In this document: positions 16,564-26,948 of the stretch, piece after piece
Numbering within the stretch: position 1 is the stretch's first letter
Layout: each line of letters begins with the position of its first letter
NCBI GenBank assembly: GCA_039024555.1
Contig: JBCCQQ010000029.1
Location: forward strand, 1-64,000
Reading direction: 5' to 3'
From: Cyanobacteria bacterium P01_D01_bin.156
GTDB lineage: Bacteria; Cyanobacteriota; Cyanobacteriia; Phormidesmidales; Phormidesmidaceae
DNA: 64,000 nt
Notes under the pieces: generated by a model
What the model saw: only the letters and a program-made list of their open reading frames with translations
Told to the model about the DNA's origin: nothing
Database searches by the model: none
Program-made: the position numbers and the translations under genes

Positions 16564-19152
16564 ATGGGTAGAGCAAGCTATGGGCCAGTTGCCCAACGAA
16601 GGACGCTGGAAGTTCTAAAGTTGTTGTTAAAGATTGCGAACTTAGAGGTTGACTTACCCGACCATGTGGCGATCGACTATCGTTGGTCTGATAAAAGTAA
16701 CCGCCTGAGTTCTCTAACTATCAAAACTACCTTATCTGATTTATTGAAGATTGATCAGACTCAGGCTAAGACAACTAAACAGACAACGGAAAGCTTGCGG
16801 ACAGCATTGAAAGCCTTGAGAGACTATTTGGAGATTCTGACTGATCATCGAATCAACCCTCGAGGGACTACGACTTGGTATTTTACTCTGGATTTATGGT
16901 CTCGTTGTACAGAGCTCAATCTGAAACAAGCAGAAAGACTCTGGCAGCAAAAGCGTTCTTCAGAGTCTGTATCTCCTGTTCAAGATTCTTTGTCTATATC
17001 GCATCAAGATGTACCGGCATTGGATCTCTCCTGCTTTTCGAAGATTTTGGAGGATTATGCCCAGTGGTATAGACAGAGTTATGGAGTTATCAAAATTTTG
17101 CCAGGACTTATGCAGAGACCGATCTCCTTAGATGCTGTCTATGTGGATGTCAAAGTTTTAGATCAGCAAAGTAAGCGGCTTCTTTCCCCTAACGCCCTTG
17201 AAACCTTTTATCAAAAGTTCCAGAGCCGCAGTTTATTTGGAAGTGAGTTACTTCGTCGAGACGGACTTGTCGTAGCTCGAGAATGTCCATACCTGATGGT
17301 GTTGGGTTCTCCAGGTATAGGAAAATCTATCTTTCTAAAAAAGCTTGGCTTACACGCTTTTGCAGATAATGACTCTGCCAAGGATAAACAGATTCCTATC
17401 TTGATTGAACTTAATCGATTGGAGCAGTCTCAATTTAATTTGAAAAACATAATTCATCAAGTTTTATTCAAACAGAAACATCCTAATAGTAGAGCTTACG
17501 TAGAACATTATTTGCGCCAGGGAAGTTTTCTTTTGCTTCTAGATGGCTTAGACGAAGTATCTGAAACTCAGCGAGGCATTCTGGTTCAACATGTTCAGGA
17601 ATTTATTGAGAACTTTCCCAAAAATCAAGTTGTTATCTCTTGTCGAACAGCTGCTCACTATTTTAGTTTTACGCAATTTGTAGATGTGGTAGTAGCTGAG
17701 TTTAGTGATGCTCAGGTTCGTTCTTTTTTGGATAATTGGTTTGAGGCACACACCAATTATGCTACTAAACAAGCTGTGTTTCTCTGGGACTTTATCAATC
17801 AGCGAAATAATGCTCCTCTTAAAGAGTTAGCCCGTACTCCCTTGCTGCTGACTTACCTCTGTTTAGTGTTTGAATCAGTTGCAGAGTGTCCAGCCACACG
17901 CAACTTGTTATACGCTCAAGTGTTAAATCTATTTCTAAAAGACTGGGAACAGCAGAAAAATCTTTCTGTGGCCGAGCACCCTCAGTTACCGCTTTATCTC
18001 CAAAAACAGCTACTTTCAGAAATTGCTTATGAAACATTTAAGGCTGAACAATTATTTATTCCTCAAACGTATTTACGACAAAAAGTATTGACATTTCTCA
18101 AAGACCATATATCAGCCAATTCTGATATTGATCCAGATAGTTTTTTGCAGCACCTTGCAACGAGACAAGGGTTACTAGCAGAGCGCTTTCAAGATCGCTG
18201 GTCTTTTTCGCATTTAACCTTGCAGGAATACCTTGTCGCTCAATTTATCATTCATAATGCACAAACTGATTTTTTACTGAATGAGTTTCTGACAAGTCCA
18301 CGTTGGCGAGAAGTGGTGATTTCAACTGCTGAGTCTCTTGACGGAGAGGCCTATAGTTACTTGGTGGCTATTCAAGCTCAGGCTAACAGATTTATCAGTG
18401 AAAATCTGAAATTGAAAAAGATTCTTAGTTGGTCTCAAAACAGTCTTAAAGCTTCATCAAGTTTTGCCTTGACGTTATCCGAACGGGCGAGTTTGATTGC
18501 GGCTTTTAGCGCAATTGCTGCTTCCAGAGCTAGTGACTTTGATATTGATAACTCAGTTGGTTACAAGATCGCCTTTGCTCTGGTGACAGGTTGTGAAAGT
18601 GCTGTCGCGATCGCACAAGAGGGCTCAGCGATATATCAGGCTGCTGTCACTAGCTCTGTAACTATTGCTGCCGCTCGGGCGAGTGCTGCTGATGAAGCAC
18701 GGGCAATCAATATCGACTATGTGATTCGAGGAGCTCAAGACTTAATTGATGATGTTAGTAACGAATCAGGCATTTTACGTGAATATGATCGAGCTCGGAT
18801 TGTTCGCCGAGGCATCGGATTTTCTTCCCAAATCGCGAATATTGCTAAACAAGCACCCTCTAGTTTTTCTGAAATATTGACTGAGTTAGACCGTCAACTA
18901 ACTAACGCTTTGGAGACGGTGCCAGATGAAACAGCCAATGTGCAAACTTGGCGAGAATGGTCAGAGCGCCTGGAGAAAAGTTGGATCCAAGCTTTTAGGT
19001 GCTCGAAGGATTTAATGACCCTGACATTGGCGGAAGCAGAAGCTTTTGAAAAGTATTTATATCTCATTGAGTTACTAATTCACTGTATAGATTCAGCTTG
19101 GCAAGTTCCGGAAAGCAAGCGTCAGACCTTAAAGCAGGGATTGCTAGTCTGA
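16564..19152 (+). CDS. NACHT (STAND) NTPase with N-terminal cyanobacterial helical/HTH domain and C-terminal NACHT-associated helical domain
   Basis: Walker A GSPGIGKS, Walker B LLLLDGLDE, VISCR, TPLLL, SFSHLTLQEYLVA. Confidence 0.9.
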   Translation: MGRASYGPVAQRRTLEVLKLLLKIANLEVDLPDHVAIDYRWSDKSNRLSSLTIKTTLSDLLKIDQTQAKTTKQTTESLRTALKALRDYLEILTDHRINPRGTTTWYFTLDLWSRCTELNLKQAERLWQQKRSSESVSPVQDSLSISHQDVPALDLSCFSKILEDYAQWYRQSYGVIKILPGLMQRPISLDAVYVDVKVLDQQSKRLLSPNALETFYQKFQSRSLFGSELLRRDGLVVARECPYLMVLGSPGIGKSIFLKKLGLHAFADNDSAKDKQIPILIELNRLEQSQFNLKNIIHQVLFKQKHPNSRAYVEHYLRQGSFLLLLDGLDEVSETQRGILVQHVQEFIENFPKNQVVISCRTAAHYFSFTQFVDVVVAEFSDAQVRSFLDNWFEAHTNYATKQAVFLWDFINQRNNAPLKELARTPLLLTYLCLVFESVAECPATRNLLYAQVLNLFLKDWEQQKNLSVAEHPQLPLYLQKQLLSEIAYETFKAEQLFIPQTYLRQKVLTFLKDHISANSDIDPDSFLQHLATRQGLLAERFQDRWSFSHLTLQEYLVAQFIIHNAQTDFLLNEFLTSPRWREVVISTAESLDGEAYSYLVAIQAQANRFISENLKLKKILSWSQNSLKASSSFALTLSERASLIAAFSAIAASRASDFDIDNSVGYKIAFALVTGCESAVAIAQEGSAIYQAAVTSSVTIAAARASAADEARAINIDYVIRGAQDLIDDVSNESGILREYDRARIVRRGIGFSSQIANIAKQAPSSFSEILTELDRQLTNALETVPDETANVQTWREWSERLEKSWIQAFRCSKDLMTLTLAEAEAFEKYLYLIELLIHCIDSAWQVPESKRQTLKQGLLV

Positions 19153-19728
19153 ATACAGGATTTTTCTATTGAGAGTCGACTTCTTCTCGATATATTGTCA
19201 AATCTGGTGTATTAGGATTGATTAGGCGACCTTCTGTCTGAGGCTAGTTTGGGTTTCTGGCTCAAGGCGGATACCATCCTTAAATGGAACTCTCTCAATG
19301 ACATCACCCAGCCGTTTAAAGCCACGAATTTGGAGCCATCGTTTTTGAGCACTCTGGATTCATTTGAATACCAGGGAGAGAATAGAATCGGGCGAAACGG
19401 CTCCTCGGGTTTTGCCGGTTCTGAGTCGGACGGTGGCAAAGGTCGATTGAATGGGATTGGTGGAAGAATATGTGCCCAATTCTTAGCTTTGACGTACCAC
19501 TAGGTTTCGAACTTATAGGAAGCAATGCACAATCGCATATTTCGTTCTAATCCCAACTTTAGTCTGATGATTCTAGACCGCTAGCTTATTTACACTGCGG
19601 ACAACTATCGCAAGTTGCTGAATGGTTTGGCTGCTCTTTTTGTAACCAGTTATGGCGATTTTGCATTTTAGCGATGGCTAACACGATCTATATCAGGCTA
19701 TGTGTTGCGAGGCCGTTAGATACTTATT

Positions 19729-19974
19729 ATGATTCACTCAGACGCACACCCTGTGTGGGAACCGATTGCCCCAACTGCTATGCCTATCGGGAAGCTGGCT
19801 CCTGCCAGTTTGCAGAGCGATCGCAACAATCTACCCCAGCTATCTGATATAGCAGTTCAACTTCTCAACGATCCGCTGCAGGTGCGTCGCCTCACGGAAC
19901 GGGTGCATCAGCTTATGCAGGCAGATCTCCACCTTCAGCATGAGCGTCTGGGGGGGTATGGATGTCGCCAATAA
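19729..19974 (+). CDS. Small eCIS-associated protein
   Basis: LTERVHQLMQADLHLQHERLGGY matches the C-terminal motif of the 1959-aa protein. It overlaps the start of the tube gene. Confidence 0.7.
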   Translation: MIHSDAHPVWEPIAPTAMPIGKLAPASLQSDRNNLPQLSDIAVQLLNDPLQVRRLTERVHQLMQADLHLQHERLGGYGCRQ

Positions 19975-20981
19975 TCTTAAAACAAGGTCAGCAAATCCGC
20001 TCTCTTTATTTGAAAGCGCATCTTATTCGTACTAAGGCGCTTAAAGCGCTTAAAAAAGCAAAACATAACCCCATAGCACTGGCCCATGCCAAAGCAGAGC
20101 TAGACAGGGCTCAACATATTCTTCAGAAAGTTCAAAAAAAGCATGAGCATTTTCTGAATAAGATTCCTCTTGAAATACTTCCCTGGGTTCAACCATCTGA
20201 GCAAGAGCAGTTATTGATTGCTCGGTCTGAGCAGGCTTATAACAGCTATCAACAGGATATCCATACCGTAGCTGAGAAAACCAAAAAATCTAAAAGAGAC
20301 AAAACACGTGTAAAAAAAGAACCGAAACGTTTCCAAAAGGCCAAAAAGAATCGAGAAGCCCTGAGTTCAGCATTGGCAAAAACTCGCCAAGAGCAGCGCG
20401 CCCGAGCTAAATCTGTAGCCCATCGCGAATATCGGGCGAATTATGTTCTTAGTCACCGTTTTTATGTCGAAATGGATGGCGTCATCCGAGCAGCGTTTAA
20501 TGAATGTTCTGGCTTTGGGTTAGATATTAAAAAAGAGCTTTACCTAGAAGGTGGAGTGAATGAACAACAGCGGGTCATGCTAGGCCATGCTGAGTTTCAA
20601 GATACGGTATTGAAGCGAGGAATGACCAACGATCCATCATTTTGGGCCTGGATGCATGAAGTATTAGTGGGACGTACATTGACAGCAACAGGCAAACGGC
20701 ATAGTTCCTCGACTGTGGTTCGCACCCGACGAAATATCAATATTTTGATGATGAACCAGGCTGGGGCCATTATGCAGGTCTGTACTTTAGTAGGGGCCAT
20801 TCCCATTGGGTGGAAAGCCCCTGCATTTCAGTCGGACAGCGCTACTGTGGCGATCGAAGAGATGACCGTAGCCTACGAAGGAATTCATCTTCAGTTTCAG
20901 ACGGAAGCCGAGACCCTTGCGGCAGGTGGAGCTTCCACACTGCTATTGCGAGATGAGTTGGGCTTTTTTCCAGAAAATTAA
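19962..20981 (+). CDS. Phage tail tube protein (T4 gp19 / Afp1-5-like) with ~150-aa basic N-terminal extension
   Basis: RFYVEMDG...FNECSG...EGGVN...VLKRGMT...FWAW...A.PIGWKAP...VAIEEMTVAYEG. Confidence 0.88.
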   Translation: MSPIILKQGQQIRSLYLKAHLIRTKALKALKKAKHNPIALAHAKAELDRAQHILQKVQKKHEHFLNKIPLEILPWVQPSEQEQLLIARSEQAYNSYQQDIHTVAEKTKKSKRDKTRVKKEPKRFQKAKKNREALSSALAKTRQEQRARAKSVAHREYRANYVLSHRFYVEMDGVIRAAFNECSGFGLDIKKELYLEGGVNEQQRVMLGHAEFQDTVLKRGMTNDPSFWAWMHEVLVGRTLTATGKRHSSSTVVRTRRNINILMMNQAGAIMQVCTLVGAIPIGWKAPAFQSDSATVAIEEMTVAYEGIHLQFQTEAETLAAGGASTLLLRDELGFFPEN

Positions 20982-20999
20982 TGTTTCTGTTGTATCAGT

Positions 21000-23900
21000 A
21001 TGTCTCGTTCTGCTCCCTCTGATCAGCCTACATTGTCTCTTAAATCATCTAGGGAGCAGCCTCAGGAGACCTTGGGGCCAGAGTATACGCAGCGAATTAC
21101 TCCCCTAGGACAAACCTATATAACCCTAAAACCGCTCCAGTCCTTTACTCAGTCAACTATTGCTGTATTGCAGCGACAGCCGCTAGGGCGATTACAACCC
21201 TGGTCAACGGATGGTTTGGCTAGCTTCAGCCAGCATTGGACAACCTCCGACTCTTCCATGGGAGAGATGGATACAGTACCGTCCGATTATGGTTCTTCGG
21301 TTCTTCAACCGCAGTTGTTCCCAGCTTCTCCACAATCTACTGTTGCTTCTGAGATATCTCGACAACCCTATCATTCTCAGATTTCTTCAGAGGTGGAGGC
21401 TGATGCAGTTACTACACAAGATGTTCAGCGTCAGCTAGAACAGCGCCAACCCTATCCACTACCACCGAGTGAGTTACAGCAGAATGAATCGCATTCAGTC
21501 AGTCTAGCCGACGATGAATTTGCTGAGCCAACGGTGGATTCACCCCATAAAGGGTCAACGGTACAGCGCTCTCCCTCTGTTTACTTGCCCAAGCCAGTAC
21601 AGAGATCGCCCCAACTACAGCGTCAGATCAAGAGTAGCAAGTCGAAAATTTTGAGATCGCTCCAGTCCCCGCCGTCATCAGGTTCAACTAATTCCCTGCC
21701 TATAGCTAATACGGGGCCTGGGGTGAACCGTTCAGCACCATTGCTTGATCAAGCTGTTGCCTCCCATGGTGCCAGTGTGCCAAGCATTCAGGCCGATGCT
21801 ATGCCAGGAATGGCTGGGGGGGAAAATACACCTACAGTGAGAGTTGAACCGCAGGCGGGTATGCCTTCAGCTATGGAGGATAAGGGTCCAGGGAATATCG
21901 CCTCTGGGTCAACGTCTATACCGGATACTAATCCAGTGGTGCAGCGGTCAGATTCAGGGAGTAGTGAACCTGAGTCGCGTGCGATCGCTAATAAAAACTT
22001 GTCCCGTTCCTCGAATGCTGCGATGGCTGCTGAGGTTGCACCGCCAGTGGCTAACGAGCCGTCACCGAGCATTGATGCGACAACGCATGTACAAGCTGTG
22101 GCAAAGCTACAGCAGCGCTCGGCAACTGTAAAGCAACAGGTACAACAGAGTAAACTTCGTAGCCTACAGCGTTTGCCAAGGGCCAGTAACCATGAGCCTC
22201 CTACCGATGCTCCGTCAGACGCTGCTGTAAGTTCCAATCCTGTCACCGTTGGTGAGGATTCAACCTCCCATAGCAGCAGTTTGAAAACAGGTTTAGAATC
22301 GGCTGCCAACCTACAGCTAAAGTCTGCTCATGATTCGCAGAGTATACACAATAAACTATCTCGCTCTTTAGAGCCACCTGATCGGGCCGAGCCCCAAGCG
22401 ACAAGTATTGTAGAGGGGAAAAGCACTGCTAGCGGGGAGATTCAGAACATACCTAATTCTGAAACATTTGAAAATTCTACCCAACAGATTTTAACAACAG
22501 GTCCTGGCACTGGCAGGGAGGCAAATATTCAACGGATAGAGGAGGAACCTGCTACTACAGGACTAGGGAGTCAACAAACACCGAACATTGTTTCAGCTAG
22601 TAGTCAAAAAGTTGAGACTGAAGCGGATAATACCGTCCTTGAGACTAATACAATAGATTCGACGATTCAGCGAGTATCTCAGCCATCTGCTGTCCCAGCC
22701 CAACCGTTCCCAGCCAAGACTGCGAATACTGAGAATATAATGACTCAGCCGGTGTCCCAATCGACTCCAGCGAATGATCTATGGGCGGCCACTGAAAGAA
22801 ATCAGGCTGAGGCGAGCGGGAATGTGTCAGGCTCAAGCATTCATCGGGCACCTCAAGTTGCTAGCGTGTCAGACTCCATGCAACAGATTAATACTGAAAA
22901 TAGAGCAGTTAGGTCTAAGTCTGAGCTGACAGAATCTAATACTCAGTATTCTTCTGTAGATACGCAATCAGTTGAAACCAACATTGAGAATGCTGAGGTT
23001 AAGACTGATCTTACGGAACCAAAAATTCAGCAGTTAACTCAATCTGAATCGATTGGAGTTTCTGAACAACTCACTGAACCAGAAGAGTTTAGCTTTAAAC
23101 CTAATATTCAAGAGAATGGTTTTAAACAATCGTCCCAATTACCCGCACAGCAGATTCAACGTGCTGAAACTGGAATAAAAGATGCCGAGGTTGAACCTGG
23201 TACAGCAGACTCAGAAGTTCAGCTTTTGCCGGATTCTTCAACTTTTCTAGCAGATACACAACAGATTAAACTCAAATCTGGCGAGCCTATTCTTGGGACT
23301 AATTTAACGCAACAAAATATCCAACGAGCTTCCCAGTTTTCTACAGCGACTGCACAGCAGGCTGCGGCTGAAAATATAAGCGCTGCCACTCATACTGGTT
23401 TAGAGCAATTAGATAGTCAGATATTAACTGACAATACTGTTGCATCAGATAATATCCAACGGACTAAGGATAAAAGCACTGTCGCCAACACCCAGCCTTC
23501 TATTCAAGCAGTGCCGGTCAAGGTTCAACGTGGAGAAACTGGGCCAGCCGATGCGGCGCTTGTCTCTCTGGATGCTCCGGACTCGAAAACTCAGCAGGTA
23601 TCCCAGTCTCCTTTGCTTTCTTCTAATATCCAACGACGTGAGACTCACCATAGCGGACACCCTTCTCCTCAAGACTTATCTCCAGTCGATGGGCTTTCAT
23701 CAACCTTGCAACGGTTAGATACAGAAAACTCAAACGTGGAGCCTGATTCTAAGGAGAGAATGACTCAACCGTTGCCTCAGGATTCTCCTGGTCAAATTCA
23801 GAGGTCTGAAACGGTAGATATGACCGATGAATTTGAGATTACTGATGTAGGCGAGTCGGCAGTGCAGCGATCGCAACGAGCTTCTTCATCGGATTTATCG

Positions 23901-26879
23901 TTATCGCAACTAATTACGGCAGCGACACCTACCCATGAGACCAGGCCATCTGTGCAGCAGAAAGCTGATGAAAATCCTGTCCCGGCAACCATCTCATCTG
24001 CAAAACTGCCCAGAAATTCTCCCTCTGTTGAGAGCTCTGGGCAATTATCGCCTTTATCAACATCGTCTACAGCAGACGCTATCTCTACTGCCCAGGAAAT
24101 TCAGCGTATGGATGCTGCGGGTGCAAGTTTGATATCTTCATCCGAAAGCTCAACCATACCCTCGCCAGAGACGGCGGAACCCACGAAATATTCCCAAAGC
24201 ATTGTTCCTGACCCAGCGCCTCTAACTCAATCAACACCGCTCGCACCTGTTGAGTCAACTTCATCTGAGACTCTGCAACGAGCTATCGCTGATACGATAA
24301 CGTCTGAAAATGATCAGGGTATAGGGGCTAATCAACTGGCAATGTCGCCGTTGACCAATGCCTCAGAGCAAGGTACAGATATACCTAATGATGCAGGAAG
24401 TGCTCTCGCATCACGTCCAATGACGTCTGAGTCTACTGTGCCATTGCCGACAGACATTCAGAGAGAAACAGATGAGCTCTTGAGAAAAACGTCTGCAGCT
24501 AAATCAGACCCACAAAATATCATCAATTCAGTTCTATCTGCCGACTCTTCATCTCATCCGCTCCAGAGAGAACCGATGGATGGACCTGTTGTCAAAACTC
24601 AATCGACTACGCAGCAGGGTGGCAGTGCATTATCATCAGATTCATTTTCTTCTGAGGGTATTATTCAGAGAGAATCCAATCATAGGTTAGATGTCTCTAC
24701 AGCCGCCCCTATAACGGCTTCAGAGAAAAATGATTCAGTACAGCTGGCAGCTGCTGGGAGTACACCCAAGGCAAATATCGGTAGTCAGCCAGAGTCTATA
24801 CATCAAACACCAATCCTTGATCTTCCTGCAGAATCTCATAAAGAGCCTATGCATCAGGCTCCAGCTAATACCATTGTTAAGCCAGATGCTCAGAATTCAA
24901 ATACGTTAGAGCTATCTGCACAGACTAATCTACAGAGGAGTTCGACTAATCCATTAGAAGAATCTGCTCCTAAACCAGTGGAAAAAAGGCAGCGAGAACA
25001 TTCCTCGATTGTGCCTGCTAATAGTTTGCAGAGGTCGTCTATTGAGCAGTCTACTGCACTATCAGATAGTGTAGTGGAAGATTTTTCTGTTAACGATGAT
25101 TTAGACAATCAAGCACATCCGATAGAATCTTCTAGCTATCAGGCTGCTAATACCATTCAAAGACAGAAAGCGCCTACCCAGAGTACAGAGTCTAGAGCAG
25201 TTGTTCAAAAGGGAAACGGCGATCGGTTAGGCAATGATGGGAAAGGATCTGCTGCTGTTCCCAATAGTATTCAACTGCAAAATCTCAATGATGATATTCA
25301 GTCGTCTTCAGAGACCATAAACCCTTCTCTCCATCGTTCGGTAGATATGAAGGCTAAGACGCCATCATTTAAACTGGATACCCCTGGAGATACCCAAGAG
25401 AAATCTACGAAAAAACAAGAATATGATAATTTCAACTCGTCTGTCGCGAGCGATATTGAGCCAACTACAGCAACCTCTCATCAAGAGGCTCTCCAAAGAG
25501 ACTCTGTTGCAGAACCAAGTAGATCCCTAGGATTGAGAGAATCTTCTCATAGCCAGTCGTCTGAAGTCGATTTACAGCGTTCCGTAGACAATGACGCAAC
25601 ACACTTTAAAGATTCACTAGACAACGGACCAATAGACTCCCTAACTCCCGCTGGAGAAACTGGTAACCTATATCCACAACAGGTATCGCACCAAGCATCA
25701 CAGGCTGCTGATACTAGCATTCAGACTAGTATTGCAAAAACGACGGCTTCGCTTCCACCTGAGACTGCTAAGAGTCAGCCATCGCAACATTTTTTGAAAG
25801 CGTCTACGAGCTCGGAAATATCGGATCTGCAAACAAGTACGTTAAATTCAGCTGATAAGGATACTAATTCGTCTGTTTCAGATAGCCAACGATTATCAGT
25901 ATCCTCTGTTTCCAATGAGGCTAGGGTTACGAGGACCCAAGAGCAACAACAGTTGGATGTGTCCCCATCTAATGTATCGAGTATCGCGCTTTCTGAAGTG
26001 CGATCGCAACCTCCAACCCATCCGACACCGACCACTCAGACTCCACAAGAGATCCAGCTGCTGTCTGAAAGCTCAATGAATGCTGTTGCTCGATCTTCAG
26101 CTACACCTGGTCTTTTATCACGATCTATTGTTCAAGAATCAGAGGATAATGACATACTACATCGATCTTCTGAGAATGAAAGTTCTTCTAGCATTAATTC
26201 CTCAGAGCTGACGGTGGCACAGCTCTTACGACAAGACGCTCTTCCCATTCATCCCACCAATGTGGCAGCTGATATGGCGGTGATTCCAACCCATGCTAAC
26301 GTGGTTCAACCAGCGTTAGTCGACGATATTGCTCCAGATACTGATGAGCCCGATGATGATTCTGACGATTTAGCTCGTTTCTTTAGCGGAGCAGCTCAAA
26401 AGCAACGTTCCAACGCTAGCAAAACTCGCCACACTCAGCAAAAAAAACGTAAGAAAGATAAAAAGCAGTTGAACTTGCATCAGGCTCAATACTTACCTCC
26501 TGGAATATCAGGTGGTGTGCATGGAATCAGAAGCAGTCGGTTTATGGGACAGTCTGCTCAGTCAGCAGACAGGCTGCAGGAGTCGTTGTTTTCACGGGCA
26601 CAAATTAAAGCAGAGGCAAATGCATATCAGGGAAGACACATCAAGAAAATTGACAAAGCAGAACTGGGGGATATTGCACCTAAGCTAGTGCCTGCTGTGG
26701 AAATGAGAAAATTTGAGACTCAGGAGAAACAGGATGATGAAAAATCTAAAGCTACTGATACGGTGGATGATAAATCGTTTGAACTGTTAGCACGAGAGGT
26801 CTATCACCTATTGCAACAGCGCTTAGCTGTCGAGCGAGAACGGTTTGGTGGTTACTATCGCGATCGCACTCGCTTTTAA
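21000..26879 (+). CDS. Large S/T/Q/P-rich low-complexity eCIS protein with repeated [VIL]QR motifs and conserved C-terminal helix
   Basis: Open 1959-aa ORF between tube and tube-initiator genes, with many VQR/IQR/LQR motifs and the C-terminus FELLAREVYHLLQQRLAVERERFGGYY. Confidence 0.75.
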   Translation: MSRSAPSDQPTLSLKSSREQPQETLGPEYTQRITPLGQTYITLKPLQSFTQSTIAVLQRQPLGRLQPWSTDGLASFSQHWTTSDSSMGEMDTVPSDYGSSVLQPQLFPASPQSTVASEISRQPYHSQISSEVEADAVTTQDVQRQLEQRQPYPLPPSELQQNESHSVSLADDEFAEPTVDSPHKGSTVQRSPSVYLPKPVQRSPQLQRQIKSSKSKILRSLQSPPSSGSTNSLPIANTGPGVNRSAPLLDQAVASHGASVPSIQADAMPGMAGGENTPTVRVEPQAGMPSAMEDKGPGNIASGSTSIPDTNPVVQRSDSGSSEPESRAIANKNLSRSSNAAMAAEVAPPVANEPSPSIDATTHVQAVAKLQQRSATVKQQVQQSKLRSLQRLPRASNHEPPTDAPSDAAVSSNPVTVGEDSTSHSSSLKTGLESAANLQLKSAHDSQSIHNKLSRSLEPPDRAEPQATSIVEGKSTASGEIQNIPNSETFENSTQQILTTGPGTGREANIQRIEEEPATTGLGSQQTPNIVSASSQKVETEADNTVLETNTIDSTIQRVSQPSAVPAQPFPAKTANTENIMTQPVSQSTPANDLWAATERNQAEASGNVSGSSIHRAPQVASVSDSMQQINTENRAVRSKSELTESNTQYSSVDTQSVETNIENAEVKTDLTEPKIQQLTQSESIGVSEQLTEPEEFSFKPNIQENGFKQSSQLPAQQIQRAETGIKDAEVEPGTADSEVQLLPDSSTFLADTQQIKLKSGEPILGTNLTQQNIQRASQFSTATAQQAAAENISAATHTGLEQLDSQILTDNTVASDNIQRTKDKSTVANTQPSIQAVPVKVQRGETGPADAALVSLDAPDSKTQQVSQSPLLSSNIQRRETHHSGHPSPQDLSPVDGLSSTLQRLDTENSNVEPDSKERMTQPLPQDSPGQIQRSETVDMTDEFEITDVGESAVQRSQRASSSDLSLSQLITAATPTHETRPSVQQKADENPVPATISSAKLPRNSPSVESSGQLSPLSTSSTADAISTAQEIQRMDAAGASLISSSESSTIPSPETAEPTKYSQSIVPDPAPLTQSTPLAPVESTSSETLQRAIADTITSENDQGIGANQLAMSPLTNASEQGTDIPNDAGSALASRPMTSESTVPLPTDIQRETDELLRKTSAAKSDPQNIINSVLSADSSSHPLQREPMDGPVVKTQSTTQQGGSALSSDSFSSEGIIQRESNHRLDVSTAAPITASEKNDSVQLAAAGSTPKANIGSQPESIHQTPILDLPAESHKEPMHQAPANTIVKPDAQNSNTLELSAQTNLQRSSTNPLEESAPKPVEKRQREHSSIVPANSLQRSSIEQSTALSDSVVEDFSVNDDLDNQAHPIESSSYQAANTIQRQKAPTQSTESRAVVQKGNGDRLGNDGKGSAAVPNSIQLQNLNDDIQSSSETINPSLHRSVDMKAKTPSFKLDTPGDTQEKSTKKQEYDNFNSSVASDIEPTTATSHQEALQRDSVAEPSRSLGLRESSHSQSSEVDLQRSVDNDATHFKDSLDNGPIDSLTPAGETGNLYPQQVSHQASQAADTSIQTSIAKTTASLPPETAKSQPSQHFLKASTSSEISDLQTSTLNSADKDTNSSVSDSQRLSVSSVSNEARVTRTQEQQQLDVSPSNVSSIALSEVRSQPPTHPTPTTQTPQEIQLLSESSMNAVARSSATPGLLSRSIVQESEDNDILHRSSENESSSSINSSELTVAQLLRQDALPIHPTNVAADMAVIPTHANVVQPALVDDIAPDTDEPDDDSDDLARFFSGAAQKQRSNASKTRHTQQKKRKKDKKQLNLHQAQYLPPGISGGVHGIRSSRFMGQSAQSADRLQESLFSRAQIKAEANAYQGRHIKKIDKAELGDIAPKLVPAVEMRKFETQEKQDDEKSKATDTVDDKSFELLAREVYHLLQQRLAVERERFGGYYRDRTRF

Positions 26880-26948
26880 TATCTCCTAAGGTACAGGCTA
26901 TTTTTCAACTATTCTCTATCATCATTACTCGTCTATTGAGGTTTTATT

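Noticed and set aside
19200..19540. Short overlapping ORFs after the NACHT gene (possible gene remnant)
   Set aside because: Interrupted by stops and no family could be recognised.
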